This document shows positions 45,713-55,198 of a stretch of 64,000 bases of DNA, one piece after another. A program made the translations under genes and the position numbers. Source of the DNA: Dehalococcoidia bacterium. GTDB taxonomy: Bacteria > Chloroflexota > Dehalococcoidia > Lucifugimonadales > UBA1127. Location: the NCBI GenBank assembly GCA_965205235.1, contig CBDBGD010000006.1, forward strand, positions 31,046-95,045, read 5' to 3'. The notes under the pieces were generated by a model, which was not told the DNA's origin, made no database searches, and saw only the letters and a list, made by a program, of their open reading frames with translations. The number at the start of each line of letters is the position of its first letter. The first letter of the stretch is position 1.

Positions 45713-46579
45713 CTAGACCTTGTAGGCCTCCAGGAGCTGGTCTACGGTGCGGGGGCGGGCCTTGGTGTTGGCCGTCGCCATGCGCTCCTCGAAGGGCTCG
45801 GAGTCGGGGGCCTTGTAGAGGACGCCGAGGGGGAGGCCGCCCGATCGCAGGAGCTGGGACGCCGCTTCTCGGTCGGAGGCGTCGTGGTCGTCGGGGATGT
45901 CCCAGATGGCGGCGGGGACGCCGGTCTTGGGGTTGCCCTTCAGCACCTCGTAGGTGTCGTAGTAGGTGGTGCAGGGCGACTGGACGTGGACGATGGAGAA
46001 GCCTGGGTGCTCCATGCCTTCGCCGATGAGCTGGACCATCTCCTTGACCTTGGCGGAGAAGGCGGATGCGACGAAGGAGACGCCGAGGGTGAGGTACAGC
46101 TCGAGGGGGTTCAGGGAGGCCTCCACCTTTCCGTAGGGCGTGGTGGAGGTGATCTGGCCGAAGGGCGTGGTCGGGGACGTCTGGCCCTTGGTGAGGCCGT
46201 AGACGCCGTTGTCCATGATGACGCAGCAGACGTTGAGGTTGCGCTGCGCCTGGGGCGCGATGTGCTCGCCGCCGATGCTGAGGAAGTCGCCGTCGCCGGC
46301 GACGATGACGACGTTGAGCTCCGGCCTGGCCATCTTCACGCCGAGGGCGATGGGGAGCGTGCGGCCGTGGATGCCGTGGAAGCCGAAGGGCTGAGGGCCC
46401 TCCAGCAGGTGCACGAGGTTGCCGGAGCAGCCAATGCCCGCGACAACGACGTTGTTCTCAATGGGCTGCTCCGTGCGGACCATCCGGTCCTTCATGGCCA
46501 TTTCCAAGGCCCTGCGCACGCCGAAATCACCGCAACCGGGGCACCACTTGAAATCGTACTCGGGGTTCTTCTTGCTCAT
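45713..46579 (-). CDS. korB: 2-oxoacid:ferredoxin oxidoreductase beta subunit (TPP-binding)
   Basis: WCPGCGDFG at the N-terminus, GIGCSG, and the GDGD TPP motif (VIVAGDGDFLSIGG). Overlaps the korA stop by 4 nt. Confidence 0.9.
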   Translation of the reverse strand: MSKKNPEYDFKWCPGCGDFGVRRALEMAMKDRMVRTEQPIENNVVVAGIGCSGNLVHLLEGPQPFGFHGIHGRTLPIALGVKMARPELNVVIVAGDGDFLSIGGEHIAPQAQRNLNVCCVIMDNGVYGLTKGQTSPTTPFGQITSTTPYGKVEASLNPLELYLTLGVSFVASAFSAKVKEMVQLIGEGMEHPGFSIVHVQSPCTTYYDTYEVLKGNPKTGVPAAIWDIPDDHDASDREAASQLLRSGGLPLGVLYKAPDSEPFEERMATANTKARPRTVDQLLEAYKV

Positions 46580-48303
46580 ACTCGCACCATCTTCTTGGCT
46601 GACGCGCCCACTCGCGCCGTAATCCGCTCCATCAAGTCGCCGATCTTGAAGGGAAGGCCCGTGTACTGGGTGATGGACTCCGCCCGCACTCCCTCGGAGC
46701 GCAGGATGGAGGAAAGCTGCCCCTGGTAGTTCAGCTCAGGCACCAGGACAAGCTCCTTCTGCCGCAGCTCCTCCAGCAGCTTGGGAGGCATGGGATTGAG
46801 GAACATGGTGTAGTACCACCCCAGCCGCTGGCCCTGCTCCAGGAGTTGGTCGTAGGCCTCACGCGTGGGGCCCTTGGAGCCGCCCCAGGGCATGAGCACC
46901 ACGGGCTCGTCGACGTTCTCACGCTCGTATGTGCCGTCCTCGAGGAGCTTGAGCTTGGCGAAGCGGCGCTCCGTCATCTCGATGTGGCGGTTGGGGAGGT
47001 GGGTGGTGTCACCCACGGGGTCGTGTTCGCTGGCGTTGGCCACGTAGGCGCCGGCGCCGCCGGGGAGGGGCATAGGGGAGACGGTGGGGCCCTCGTAGCG
47101 GAGGTAGCCGTTGGCGCCCTGGTAGACCTGTCGATTCTCCACCGCGAGCTTGGACAAATCGGGCCGGGGGATGTTCTGGGCGCGCTCGGCCAGCATCATC
47201 TCGCTAAGCAGCATGACCGGCCCCTGGTACCGCTCGGCCCAGTTGAGGGAGTGGACGGCGGCGTAGAAGCACTCCTCCACCGTGCCGGGGGCGATGACGG
47301 GGAGACTGGCGTCGCCGTGGGCCGGGTGGATAGCGGCGAAGAGGTCCGACTGCTCGGTCTTGGTGGGCAGGCCGGTGGCGGGGCCGCCGCGCTGGACGTC
47401 AATGACGACGCCGGGGATTTCGGCCATCCACGCCATGCCCAAGCCCTCGCTCATGAGGGAGAAGCCGGGGCCGGCGGTGGAGGTCATAGCCTTCTTGCCG
47501 GCGTAGCCTGCGCCCATGACGGCGGTGATGGACTCGATCTCGGAGCTGGCCTGGTAGACGAACTTGCCGGGGCCGACCAGGGTGCGCTCCATGAATACGA
47601 GGATGGTGGTGGCGGGCGAGATGGGGTAGCCGATGAAGAAGTTCAGCCCGCCAGCCAAGGCCCCGAGGGCGATGGCCTCGTTGCCCTTCACCAGAACCTG
47701 CTCGCCCTGCGGCGGGACCGGGTCGGCCAGCTCGCCGATGGAGAGGCCGCTTTCGGCGACGCGGTCGCGGCCGAGGCCGAGGGCCTCGATGTTGGAGCGG
47801 ATGATCTCGTCGTCGCCGGGGCGGCCGCGGGTGAAGCGGCGCTTCACGAAGCCTTCCAGGTACTCCTGGGGCATGTTGACCAGGTGGGCAAAGGCGCCGA
47901 TGACGACCATGTTCTCCGCGCGGGCGTTGCCGGTGGACCTGGCGAGCTCGGAGAAGGGAAGGCCGACGGCGCGCGGGTCGTCCTCCAGCTTGAAGGCGCC
48001 GGAGTTGTAGATGATGACGCCTTCGTCGCGCACCTCGTGGTTGTGCTCCTCGTAGGCCTCCTTGTTGAAGCAGACGAGGACGTCGAGAGCATCACCGTTG
48101 CTGAAGATGGGGCTGGTGGCGATGCGGGCCTGGGCCCAAGTGGGACCTCCCATGATCTGGGAGGGGAAGGTCGAGTAGGTCAGGACGTGGTAGCCGCCCT
48201 GGGCCGCCGCCTGGGCGAGGCCCTCAGCGGACGTCACCATGCCCTGACCGCCCTCACCCGCGAAGCGGGCTACGAAGTCATGCCTCTTCACCATTTCCTC
48301 CAA
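46576..48303 (-). CDS. korA: 2-oxoacid:ferredoxin oxidoreductase alpha subunit (fused gamma-alpha type)
   Basis: 575 aa. The N-terminal gamma-like domain (ARFAGEGGQGMVT) is followed by an alpha domain (GNEAIALGALAGG, YPISPAT). Confidence 0.9.
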   Translation of the reverse strand: MEEMVKRHDFVARFAGEGGQGMVTSAEGLAQAAAQGGYHVLTYSTFPSQIMGGPTWAQARIATSPIFSNGDALDVLVCFNKEAYEEHNHEVRDEGVIIYNSGAFKLEDDPRAVGLPFSELARSTGNARAENMVVIGAFAHLVNMPQEYLEGFVKRRFTRGRPGDDEIIRSNIEALGLGRDRVAESGLSIGELADPVPPQGEQVLVKGNEAIALGALAGGLNFFIGYPISPATTILVFMERTLVGPGKFVYQASSEIESITAVMGAGYAGKKAMTSTAGPGFSLMSEGLGMAWMAEIPGVVIDVQRGGPATGLPTKTEQSDLFAAIHPAHGDASLPVIAPGTVEECFYAAVHSLNWAERYQGPVMLLSEMMLAERAQNIPRPDLSKLAVENRQVYQGANGYLRYEGPTVSPMPLPGGAGAYVANASEHDPVGDTTHLPNRHIEMTERRFAKLKLLEDGTYERENVDEPVVLMPWGGSKGPTREAYDQLLEQGQRLGWYYTMFLNPMPPKLLEELRQKELVLVPELNYQGQLSSILRSEGVRAESITQYTGLPFKIGDLMERITARVGASAKKMVRV

Positions 48304-48350
48304 GAGAACACATGCCTACTGACAAGGCTCATCCCCTCAGGGCACCGGAA

Positions 48351-48380
48351 AGCGTAGCATTCCGTTCCTAGCACTGTCAA
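48351..48380 (-). promoter_or_regulatory. sigma-70-like promoter of korAB (minus strand)
   Basis: The minus strand reads TTGACA (48380-48375), an 18-nt spacer, then TACGCT (48356-48351). This lies about 48 nt upstream of the korA start. Confidence 0.35.
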
Positions 48381-48399
48381 CGGACGCGGGCGTGCTTCC

Positions 48400-49674
48400 G
48401 TGCTCGCGCGCGGGGTGTGCGGGAGCCAGTTGGAGTATAGTAGGAGCGTGAAGAAGGGAGCCCCGGCCAACGCCACCGCAGTCGATTACGCCCCCGGCCA
48501 ACGCGTCCGGCTCACGCTGGAAGGGATGGGGGAACTGGGGGAGTGCGCCGCTCACGCCGACGGCGCGCGCTTCTTCGTCTTCGGCGGGATTCCGGGCGAG
48601 GTGGTCGAGGCGGAGGTGGTGCGCGCTCGGCGGCGGTACGTCGCCGCGCGGGTCGTGGAGGTGCACGAGGCGTCGCCGCACCGTGTGAGCGCGCCGTGCC
48701 CCTACTTCTGGCCGTGCACCGGGTGCCAGTGGCAGCACATCGCCTACGAGCACCAACTCACGCTCAAGCGCGAGTTCGTGCGCGACGCGCTCTCCGGCGT
48801 CGCAGGGCTGGCCGACGTGGCCGTGCTGCCCGTCACGCCCAGCGAGCAGCAGTACGGCTATCGCAACCACGCGCGGTTCACGGTAGGGCCGGGGGGAACG
48901 CTGGGGTACGTGAACAGGACGTCGCGGGAGTTCGTCGCGGTCGGGGCCTGCCAGCTTATGGACCCGTGGATCAACGATGCGCTGGCCTCGCTGTCGGGGC
49001 GGTGCCAGGAGACCAGCCAGCTATCGATACGCTACGGGGTGAACACGGGCGAGTGGCTCATCCAGCCCCGGCTGCTCACCGCGGGCATCCCCATCGACAC
49101 GGGGCAGACGCACTACCACGAGGCCATCGACGGGCGGCGATACCGGATCGCGTCGCCGTCGTTCTTCCAGGTCAACACGCCGCAGGCGCAGGCGATGGCG
49201 GAGTGCATCCGCGGCATGCTGGGGCTGGAGGGGTCGGAGGTTCTGGTGGACGCGTACGCGGGGGTTGGGACCTTCGCCGGGCTCCTGGCGTCGCAGGTGG
49301 GCCGAGTCATCGCCATCGAGGAGTCGGCGGCGGCGCTGCGAGACGCGCGGGACAACCTGGCGGACCTGCCGAACGTGGAGCTTCGCCAGGGGAGGGTGGA
49401 AGCGGTGCTGTCGTCGCTGGAGCCCCGGCCGGACGTGGTGTTGGTGGACCCGCCGCGGGTGGGCTGCCATCCCAGGGCATTGGACGCTCTGTGCGAGCTG
49501 GCGCCTCGACGGGTGGTGTACGTCTCGTGCGAGCCCAAGGCGCTGGCGCGCGACCTCGCGCACCTGGTGGCTGGGCCGTTCCGGGTGGAGCAGGTCCAGC
49601 CGATCGACCTGTTCCCGCAGACGCACCACATCGAGTGCATCGCCACGCTCGCCATCGACGGGGCAGGGGCGTGA
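48400..49674 (+). CDS. 23S rRNA (uracil-C5)-methyltransferase RlmD/RumA family
   Basis: TRAM-like N-terminus (GEVVEAEVVRARRRY) and a 4-Cys cluster (CPYFWPCTGCQWQH ... C). SAM-methyltransferase motifs are present (LVDAYAGVGTF, VLVDPPRVG, VYVSCEP). The exact start is uncertain: 48400 is the track start, with an in-frame GTG at 48448. Confidence 0.85.
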   Translation: MLARGVCGSQLEYSRSVKKGAPANATAVDYAPGQRVRLTLEGMGELGECAAHADGARFFVFGGIPGEVVEAEVVRARRRYVAARVVEVHEASPHRVSAPCPYFWPCTGCQWQHIAYEHQLTLKREFVRDALSGVAGLADVAVLPVTPSEQQYGYRNHARFTVGPGGTLGYVNRTSREFVAVGACQLMDPWINDALASLSGRCQETSQLSIRYGVNTGEWLIQPRLLTAGIPIDTGQTHYHEAIDGRRYRIASPSFFQVNTPQAQAMAECIRGMLGLEGSEVLVDAYAGVGTFAGLLASQVGRVIAIEESAAALRDARDNLADLPNVELRQGRVEAVLSSLEPRPDVVLVDPPRVGCHPRALDALCELAPRRVVYVSCEPKALARDLAHLVAGPFRVEQVQPIDLFPQTHHIECIATLAIDGAGA

Positions 49675-50330
49675 GGGCGCTCGTGCTGGCTTCAGCGTCG
49701 CCACGACGGAGGACGCTCGTCGCCATGCTGGGCGTGCCGTGGGTGGCGGACCCGTCGAACGCGTCGGAGGAGGTGGACGGGGACGCGCCCTCGGCGAGCG
49801 CGCTCGCGGCGATGCTGGCGGAGCGGAAGGCGCGCGCGGTTGCTGCGCGGCGCGAGGGCGACCTGGTGCTGGGCGCGGACACGGTGGTGGCGGTCGACGG
49901 CCGGAGCCTCGGCAAGCCGGCGGACGCGGTGGAGGCGCGGCGAATGCTGCGGCAGCTACGTGGGCGCAGCCACGAGGTCGTCACCGGCGTCGCGTTGGCC
50001 GACGCGGCGTCGGGGGCGGTGGCAGTGGCGCGGCGGGAGACGACGGTCACGATGCGGGACTACGGCGAGGCGGAGATGGCGGTCTACGTGGCCTCCGGCG
50101 AGGCGATGGACAAGGCGGGCGCGTACGGCGTGCAGGACGCGGCGTTTTCGCCCGCGGCGCACGTGCGAGGGTGCTACGCCAACGTCATCGGCCTGCCGCT
50201 GTGCACCGTGTCGAGCATGCTGGCGGAGCACGGCGTTATCGCTCCCGAGGCGGCGCGATGGCGGCCATCCGCGGACTCGGCGCCGTGCGCGGGGTGCAGG
50301 GCGCTGGCGGCGGGAGGGGCGACGACGTGA
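49671..50330 (+). CDS. maf: Maf-like nucleoside-triphosphate pyrophosphatase
   Basis: GTG 49671 overlaps the rumA-like stop (GTGA). Contains LVLASASPRRRTL, GADTVV, GKP and AGAYGVQ motifs. Confidence 0.9.
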   Translation: MRALVLASASPRRRTLVAMLGVPWVADPSNASEEVDGDAPSASALAAMLAERKARAVAARREGDLVLGADTVVAVDGRSLGKPADAVEARRMLRQLRGRSHEVVTGVALADAASGAVAVARRETTVTMRDYGEAEMAVYVASGEAMDKAGAYGVQDAAFSPAAHVRGCYANVIGLPLCTVSSMLAEHGVIAPEAARWRPSADSAPCAGCRALAAGGATT

Positions 50331-50638
50331 ACATCATGGGCGTGGGCGGGCTGGAGCTGCTGGTCGTCGTGGTCGTGGCGATGCTGGTGCTGGGGCCAAC
50401 GCGGGTGGCGGAGTACGGCCGCACGCTGGGGAAGCTGATCGGTGAGCTGCGACGTGCCAGCGAGGGGATACCGGCGGTGTTCGAGAACCTGATCGACGAG
50501 CGCAAGGCCGAGACGGAGGAGGAAGAGGAGGCGGACGAGCCCCCACCTCCACCGGAGGGATCGCTGCCGCAGCCGCGTCGCCAGATACCGCGGCGAGACC
50601 CCTCGCCGCAGGACGACACCCCGCCCGAGGAGCGCTAG
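50327..50638 (+). CDS. tatB: twin-arginine translocase TatA/TatB-family protein (TatB-like length)
   Basis: MGVGGLELLVVVVVAMLVLGPTRV is followed by an amphipathic helix and an acidic/Pro-rich tail. GTG 50327 follows GGGAGG by 8 nt and overlaps the maf stop. The alternative ATG is at 50336. Confidence 0.75.
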   Translation: MNIMGVGGLELLVVVVVAMLVLGPTRVAEYGRTLGKLIGELRRASEGIPAVFENLIDERKAETEEEEEADEPPPPPEGSLPQPRRQIPRRDPSPQDDTPPEER

Positions 50639-51405
50639 TGGTACGAGACACCCCCCGACCGCTGGGAGAGCACCTGGAGGAGCTTCGCTGGCGCCTCTTG
50701 ACGTGCGTCCTCGCGCTGCTGGTGGGCGCGGGTATCAGCTTTGCGTTTTTTGGGACGATTTCGGACATCCTCCTGGCCCCGGCGGAGGAGCACCTCTCGG
50801 CCACCGGCGACCCGATCTTCACCGAGGTGACGGAGCTGTTCACCGTGACGGTGAAGGTGTCGCTGCTGGGCGGGCTTGTGCTGGCGGTGCCGGTGGTGAC
50901 CTACCAGATCCTCATGTTCATCACGCCGGGGCTGACGTTCCGGGAGCGCCGGTGGGCGCTGGCGCTGGTGCCCGGCGCGCTGCTGTGCTTCGTCGGCGGG
51001 GCCGCGTTCTGCTACTTCGTCATGCTGCCGCCGATCCTGCGCTTCCTGCTAACCTTCGGCGACGGGATCGCGGACCCGATGATCCGCATCGGGAACTACA
51101 TGAGCCTGATGATGACGCTGCTGTTCTGGATGGGGATGGTATTCCAGACGCCGCTGGTGATGCTGGTGCTGGCGAAAACGGGGGTCGTGTCGCCTGCGGC
51201 GATGGCGCGGGGACGGCGCTTCGCCGTGGTGCTGGCATTCATCCTGGGGGCGATCATCACGCCGACCTTCGACCCGGTGAACCAGGCGCTGGTGGCGCTG
51301 CCGTTCGTGGTGCTGTACGAGCTGGGCATCTGGCTCGCCAAGCTGGTCCGGAGGACGCCGCGCCGGAAGCGTCGGCGCGCGCGGGCTGCGGGTCGCAGCG
51401 ACTAG
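50638..51405 (+). CDS. tatC: twin-arginine translocase subunit TatC
   Basis: 255 aa with LGEHLEELRWRLL and six TM helices. The GTG start overlaps the tatB stop (TAGTG). Confidence 0.9.
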   Translation: MVRDTPRPLGEHLEELRWRLLTCVLALLVGAGISFAFFGTISDILLAPAEEHLSATGDPIFTEVTELFTVTVKVSLLGGLVLAVPVVTYQILMFITPGLTFRERRWALALVPGALLCFVGGAAFCYFVMLPPILRFLLTFGDGIADPMIRIGNYMSLMMTLLFWMGMVFQTPLVMLVLAKTGVVSPAAMARGRRFAVVLAFILGAIITPTFDPVNQALVALPFVVLYELGIWLAKLVRRTPRRKRRRARAAGRSD

Positions 51406-51408
51406 GGT

Positions 51409-51600
51409 TCAGGGCGCGCCGGTGGAGTCGTCGTTGCGGCGGCGGGCGGCCCTTCGAGGCTTCTTCTTCCCCTCCAAGCCCTGGCGGAGAGAGCGCACGC
51501 CGCGGCCCAAGGTCCGGCCCAGCCGGGGCAATCGGCCCGTGCCGAAGAGGAGGAGCAGGATGAAGATAATGATGAGGAGCTCTGGCAGGCCCATACGCAC
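51409..51600 (-). CDS. tatA: twin-arginine translocase subunit TatA/TatE
   Basis: 63 aa with MGLPELLIIIFILLLLFGTGRLP and then a basic amphipathic tail. It is convergent with tatC, with 3 nt between the stops. Confidence 0.8.
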   Translation of the reverse strand: MRMGLPELLIIIFILLLLFGTGRLPRLGRTLGRGVRSLRQGLEGKKKPRRAARRRNDDSTGAP

Positions 51601-51684
51601 GCAGCCGCCTCACGCGACGTTTGCGCCATCATAGGGGCGCACAGGCGCGAGGGTCAATTGGGAGGGGGAGTCTGATACAGGGGA

Positions 51685-51713
51685 TGCGTTCGCGCGCTTG
51701 CAAGTGCTAGAAT
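51685..51713 (+). promoter_or_regulatory. extended -10 promoter upstream of lpd
   Basis: TGcTAGAAT (51705-51713) with a weak -35 TGCGTT (51685-51690) at 17 nt. It lies 42 nt before ATG 51755. Confidence 0.35.
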
Positions 51714-51754
51714 GGGCACTGCATTTCGACCCTAGGCACGTTTGAAGGGAGCTC

Positions 51755-53137
51755 ATGGCTGACTACGATTACGTTGTTGTGGGGGCGGGCCCAGGCGGCT
51801 ACGTCTCCGCGATCCGGGCAGCCCAGCTGGGAATGAAGACCGCCGTTGTGGAGCGGGACGCGCTGGGCGGCATCTGTCTCAACTGGGGGTGCATACCAAG
51901 CAAGGCGCTGCTCCGTAACGCAGAGGTGCTCCACCTCTTCCATCGGGCCGAGGAGTTCGGCATCACGTACAAGGACCTGACGGTGGACTTCGGCGCGGCC
52001 ATCGGGCGGAGCCGGGAGGTCGTCGGCAAGCTGACCCGCGGGGTCGGCGGCCTTCTGCGAAAGAACAAGGTTGACCACATCGCGGGGCACGCCGCCCTCC
52101 GCAGCGGCACCACGCTGGAAGTCAAGGAGACGGGCCAGAGCATCGAGGCGGGGCACATCGTCCTGGCCACGGGCGCGCGGGCCCGGTCGCTCCCGAACCT
52201 GCCCATCGACGGCTCGCTAGTCATGACGAGCCGGGAGGCGCTGGAGATACGCGACCTGCCAAAGTCGGCGCTCATCGTCGGCGGCGGGGCCACGGGCTGC
52301 GAGTTCGCCTACCTCTACGCCGCCTATGGCGTCGACGTCACCATCGTCGAACTGCTCCCTCACCTGCTGCCGAACGAGGACGAGGAGGTGAGCCAGCACC
52401 TGGAGCGGGCCTTTGCCAAGCAGGGGATCACCACTCTGACCGGCACTAAGGTGACGGGGATGGAGGCCCGCAACGGGCAGGCCCAGGTGACGATGGAGGG
52501 CCCCAACGGCGCGCAGAGCGTTGAGTGCGACCGCATCCTGGTGGCCGTGGGCGTGCAGGGGAACGTGGAGGAGATGGGGCTGGAAGAGGTGGGCGTCGCC
52601 ACGGAGCGGAGCTTCATCACCGTGGACGACCGGATGCGCACGAGCGTGCCCACCGTCTCGGCCATTGGCGACGTGACAGGCCGGATGCTGCTGGCGCACG
52701 TCGCGTCGGCGCAGGGCGTCGCCGTCGCCGAGTGGCAAGCAGGCCAGGACTCGCCGGAGCTGGACTACGCGCTGATGCCCAAGGCGGTCTACTGCCAGCC
52801 GCAGGTCGCAAGCTGGGGCCTGACGGAGAGGCAGGCACGCGAGGCCGGGCACGAGGTGAAGATCGGCAAGTTCCCCTTCGCCGCCAACGGCAAGGCGCTG
52901 GGGCTGGGCGAGGGGGAGGGGTTCGCGAAGGTGGTGGTGGACGAGCAGTACGGCGAAATCCTGGGCGCGCACATGATCGGGCCGGAGGTGACGGAGCTCC
53001 TGGCGGAGCTGTCCATGGCCCGACTGTTGGAAGGGACTGCACAAGAAGTGGGCTGGCTGGTACACTCCCACCCCACGCTATCGGAGGCTGTGAAGGAGGC
53101 GGCGCTGGCTGCCCGGGGGGAGGCCATCCATGTCTGA
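51755..53137 (+). CDS. lpd: dihydrolipoyl dehydrogenase (E3)
   Basis: DYVVVGAGPGGY, the redox disulfide LNWGCIPSK, and the C-terminal HSHPTLSE motif. Confidence 0.93.
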   Translation: MADYDYVVVGAGPGGYVSAIRAAQLGMKTAVVERDALGGICLNWGCIPSKALLRNAEVLHLFHRAEEFGITYKDLTVDFGAAIGRSREVVGKLTRGVGGLLRKNKVDHIAGHAALRSGTTLEVKETGQSIEAGHIVLATGARARSLPNLPIDGSLVMTSREALEIRDLPKSALIVGGGATGCEFAYLYAAYGVDVTIVELLPHLLPNEDEEVSQHLERAFAKQGITTLTGTKVTGMEARNGQAQVTMEGPNGAQSVECDRILVAVGVQGNVEEMGLEEVGVATERSFITVDDRMRTSVPTVSAIGDVTGRMLLAHVASAQGVAVAEWQAGQDSPELDYALMPKAVYCQPQVASWGLTERQAREAGHEVKIGKFPFAANGKALGLGEGEGFAKVVVDEQYGEILGAHMIGPEVTELLAELSMARLLEGTAQEVGWLVHSHPTLSEAVKEAALAARGEAIHV

Positions 53138-54173
53138 CACATCCAAGGCAGCGGGCGGCAAGCGCAGCCGCGCTGCAACCAAGACCGCCCCGAAGCGCCA
53201 GGACGAGATACCTGACAAGGCGACGCTCCTGGACCTCTACCGGCAGATGGCCCTCATCCGCCTGATGGAGGAGCGGAGCGCCGAAATGTACATGCGGGGC
53301 AAGATCCGCGGGTTCCTCCACCTTTACATCGGGGAGGAGGCCATCGCCGTTGGGTCGATGGCCGCGCTGGAGCCGCAGGACTACGTCATCACGCACTACC
53401 GGGACCACGGCCACGCCCTGGCCCGCGGCATCCCCTCGAAGGCGGTGATGGCAGAGCTGTACGGCAAGGCCACGGGGTGCAGCGGCGGTCGCGGCGGCTC
53501 GATGCACCTGTTCGACTCGTCGCTCAACTTCGCCGGGGGGCATGCGATCGTCGGCGGGCAGCTTCCCATCGCCGTTGGGCTGGCCATGGCGGCCAAGCAG
53601 AACGGCAAGAACCCCGTGGTGGTGTGCTTCTTCGGCGACGGCGTGCTGAACCAGGGTGAGTTCCACGAGTCGATGAACCTGGCGTCGATATGGAAGCTGC
53701 CGGTCATCTTCTTCCTGGAGAACAACTTCTACGGCATGGGCAGCCACATCGACCGTGTCCACGCCGGCCCCGGCGACGTGTACCGCATCGCCGACTACTA
53801 CCAGATCCCGTCGCGGCAGATCGACGGGATGAACGTGCTGGAGGTCCGGGAGGCGACGGCGCAGGCGGCCGAGCACATCCGCTCCGGCGCGGGGCCGTAC
53901 TTCATGGAGGCGCTCACCTATCGCTTCCAAGGGCACTCGATGGCCGACCCCGAAGCCTACCGCAACCGCGAAGACACGACGGCGTGGCGGCCACGGGACC
54001 CGGTGTCGACGCACCGGGCGTACCTGCTGGACTCGGGCCACGCGACGGCGGAGGCGCTGGACGAGGTGGACCGGAGCGTGCAGGCGGAGGTGGAGGCGGC
54101 GGTCGAGTTCGCCGAGGAGAGCCCGGAGCCGACGCCGGATACCCTGGAAGAGCACATCTACGCAGAGTCCTGA
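53130..54173 (+). CDS. pdhA: 2-oxoacid (pyruvate/acetoin-type) dehydrogenase E1 alpha subunit
   Basis: GFLHLYIGEEA, YRDHGH, the FFGDGVLNQG TPP motif, and YRFQGHSMAD. Overlaps the lpd stop by 8 nt. Confidence 0.88.
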   Translation: MSDTSKAAGGKRSRAATKTAPKRQDEIPDKATLLDLYRQMALIRLMEERSAEMYMRGKIRGFLHLYIGEEAIAVGSMAALEPQDYVITHYRDHGHALARGIPSKAVMAELYGKATGCSGGRGGSMHLFDSSLNFAGGHAIVGGQLPIAVGLAMAAKQNGKNPVVVCFFGDGVLNQGEFHESMNLASIWKLPVIFFLENNFYGMGSHIDRVHAGPGDVYRIADYYQIPSRQIDGMNVLEVREATAQAAEHIRSGAGPYFMEALTYRFQGHSMADPEAYRNREDTTAWRPRDPVSTHRAYLLDSGHATAEALDEVDRSVQAEVEAAVEFAEESPEPTPDTLEEHIYAES

Positions 54174-54196
54174 ACCACCAGAGGCGAGGAGAACCT

Positions 54197-55174
54197 GTGC
54201 CGGAAATAACCCTGCGAGAAGCGATTAGCCGGGGGCTGCGGGAGGCCCTTGAGGCAGACCCGCGGGTCTTCATCATGGGCGAGGACATCGGGGCCTACGG
54301 GGGCGCGTACGCGATCACCAAGGGGTTCCTGGAGGAGTTTGGGCCGGAGCGGATCAAGGACACGCCCATCTCGGAATCGGCCATTGTGGGCGCCGGGGTC
54401 GGGGCCGCGATGGCCGGACTGCGGCCGGTGGTGGAGCTGATGACCATCAACTTCAGCCTGCTGGCCTCCGACCAGATCATCAACCACGCCGCCAAAATCC
54501 ACTACATGTCTGCGGGCCAGTTCAGCTCCCCGCTCATCATCCGGACGGTGACGGGAGGAGGGGCAGGCCTGGGGGCGACGCACTCCCAAAGCTTTGAGGG
54601 CTTCTACGCGTCGGTGCCGGGCCTGAGGGTGGTGACGCCCTCCACGCCGGCCGATGCGCTGGGGTTGCTCCGAAGCTGCTTCCAGGACCCGAACCCGGTC
54701 CTCTACTGCGAACACGCGCTGCTCTACGGCGCCCGCGGCGAAGTGCCGGACGAGTACTACACAGTGCCGTTCGGCCAGGCGCGGATCGCTCGTGAGGGCG
54801 GCGACGTGACCATCGCCTCGTACGGACGGATGGCGCAGGCGGCGATGGCCGCGGCCAACCGGCTCGCCGAGCGCGGGGTCGAGGCGGAGGTCATCGATCT
54901 GCGGACGCTTCGCCCGCTTGACACCGCGACCGTGGTGGAGTCGGTGCGCAAGACGCACCGGTGCCTCGTGGTGGAGGAGGCCTGGCAGACGGGCGCGTTC
55001 GGCGCGCACCTGGCGCAGGTGGTCCAGCAGGAGGCCTTCGACACCCTCGACGGGCCCGTGGGCCACGTGGGTGGCGTCGACGTCCCCAGTCCCTACGCAC
55101 GAAACCTGGAACGCCTGGCGATACCGTCGGAGGAGACGATCCTGGAGGCGCTCCAGGAGCAGTTCGGTCTCTAG
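54197..55174 (+). CDS. pdhB: 2-oxoacid dehydrogenase E1 beta subunit
   Basis: GTG 54197 (ITLREAISRGL..., FIMGEDIGAYGGAY, DTPISE). 325 aa. Confidence 0.9.
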   Translation: MPEITLREAISRGLREALEADPRVFIMGEDIGAYGGAYAITKGFLEEFGPERIKDTPISESAIVGAGVGAAMAGLRPVVELMTINFSLLASDQIINHAAKIHYMSAGQFSSPLIIRTVTGGGAGLGATHSQSFEGFYASVPGLRVVTPSTPADALGLLRSCFQDPNPVLYCEHALLYGARGEVPDEYYTVPFGQARIAREGGDVTIASYGRMAQAAMAAANRLAERGVEAEVIDLRTLRPLDTATVVESVRKTHRCLVVEEAWQTGAFGAHLAQVVQQEAFDTLDGPVGHVGGVDVPSPYARNLERLAIPSEETILEALQEQFGL

Positions 55175-55198
55175 CCTCGCGGAGACGGAGGAGGTCCC

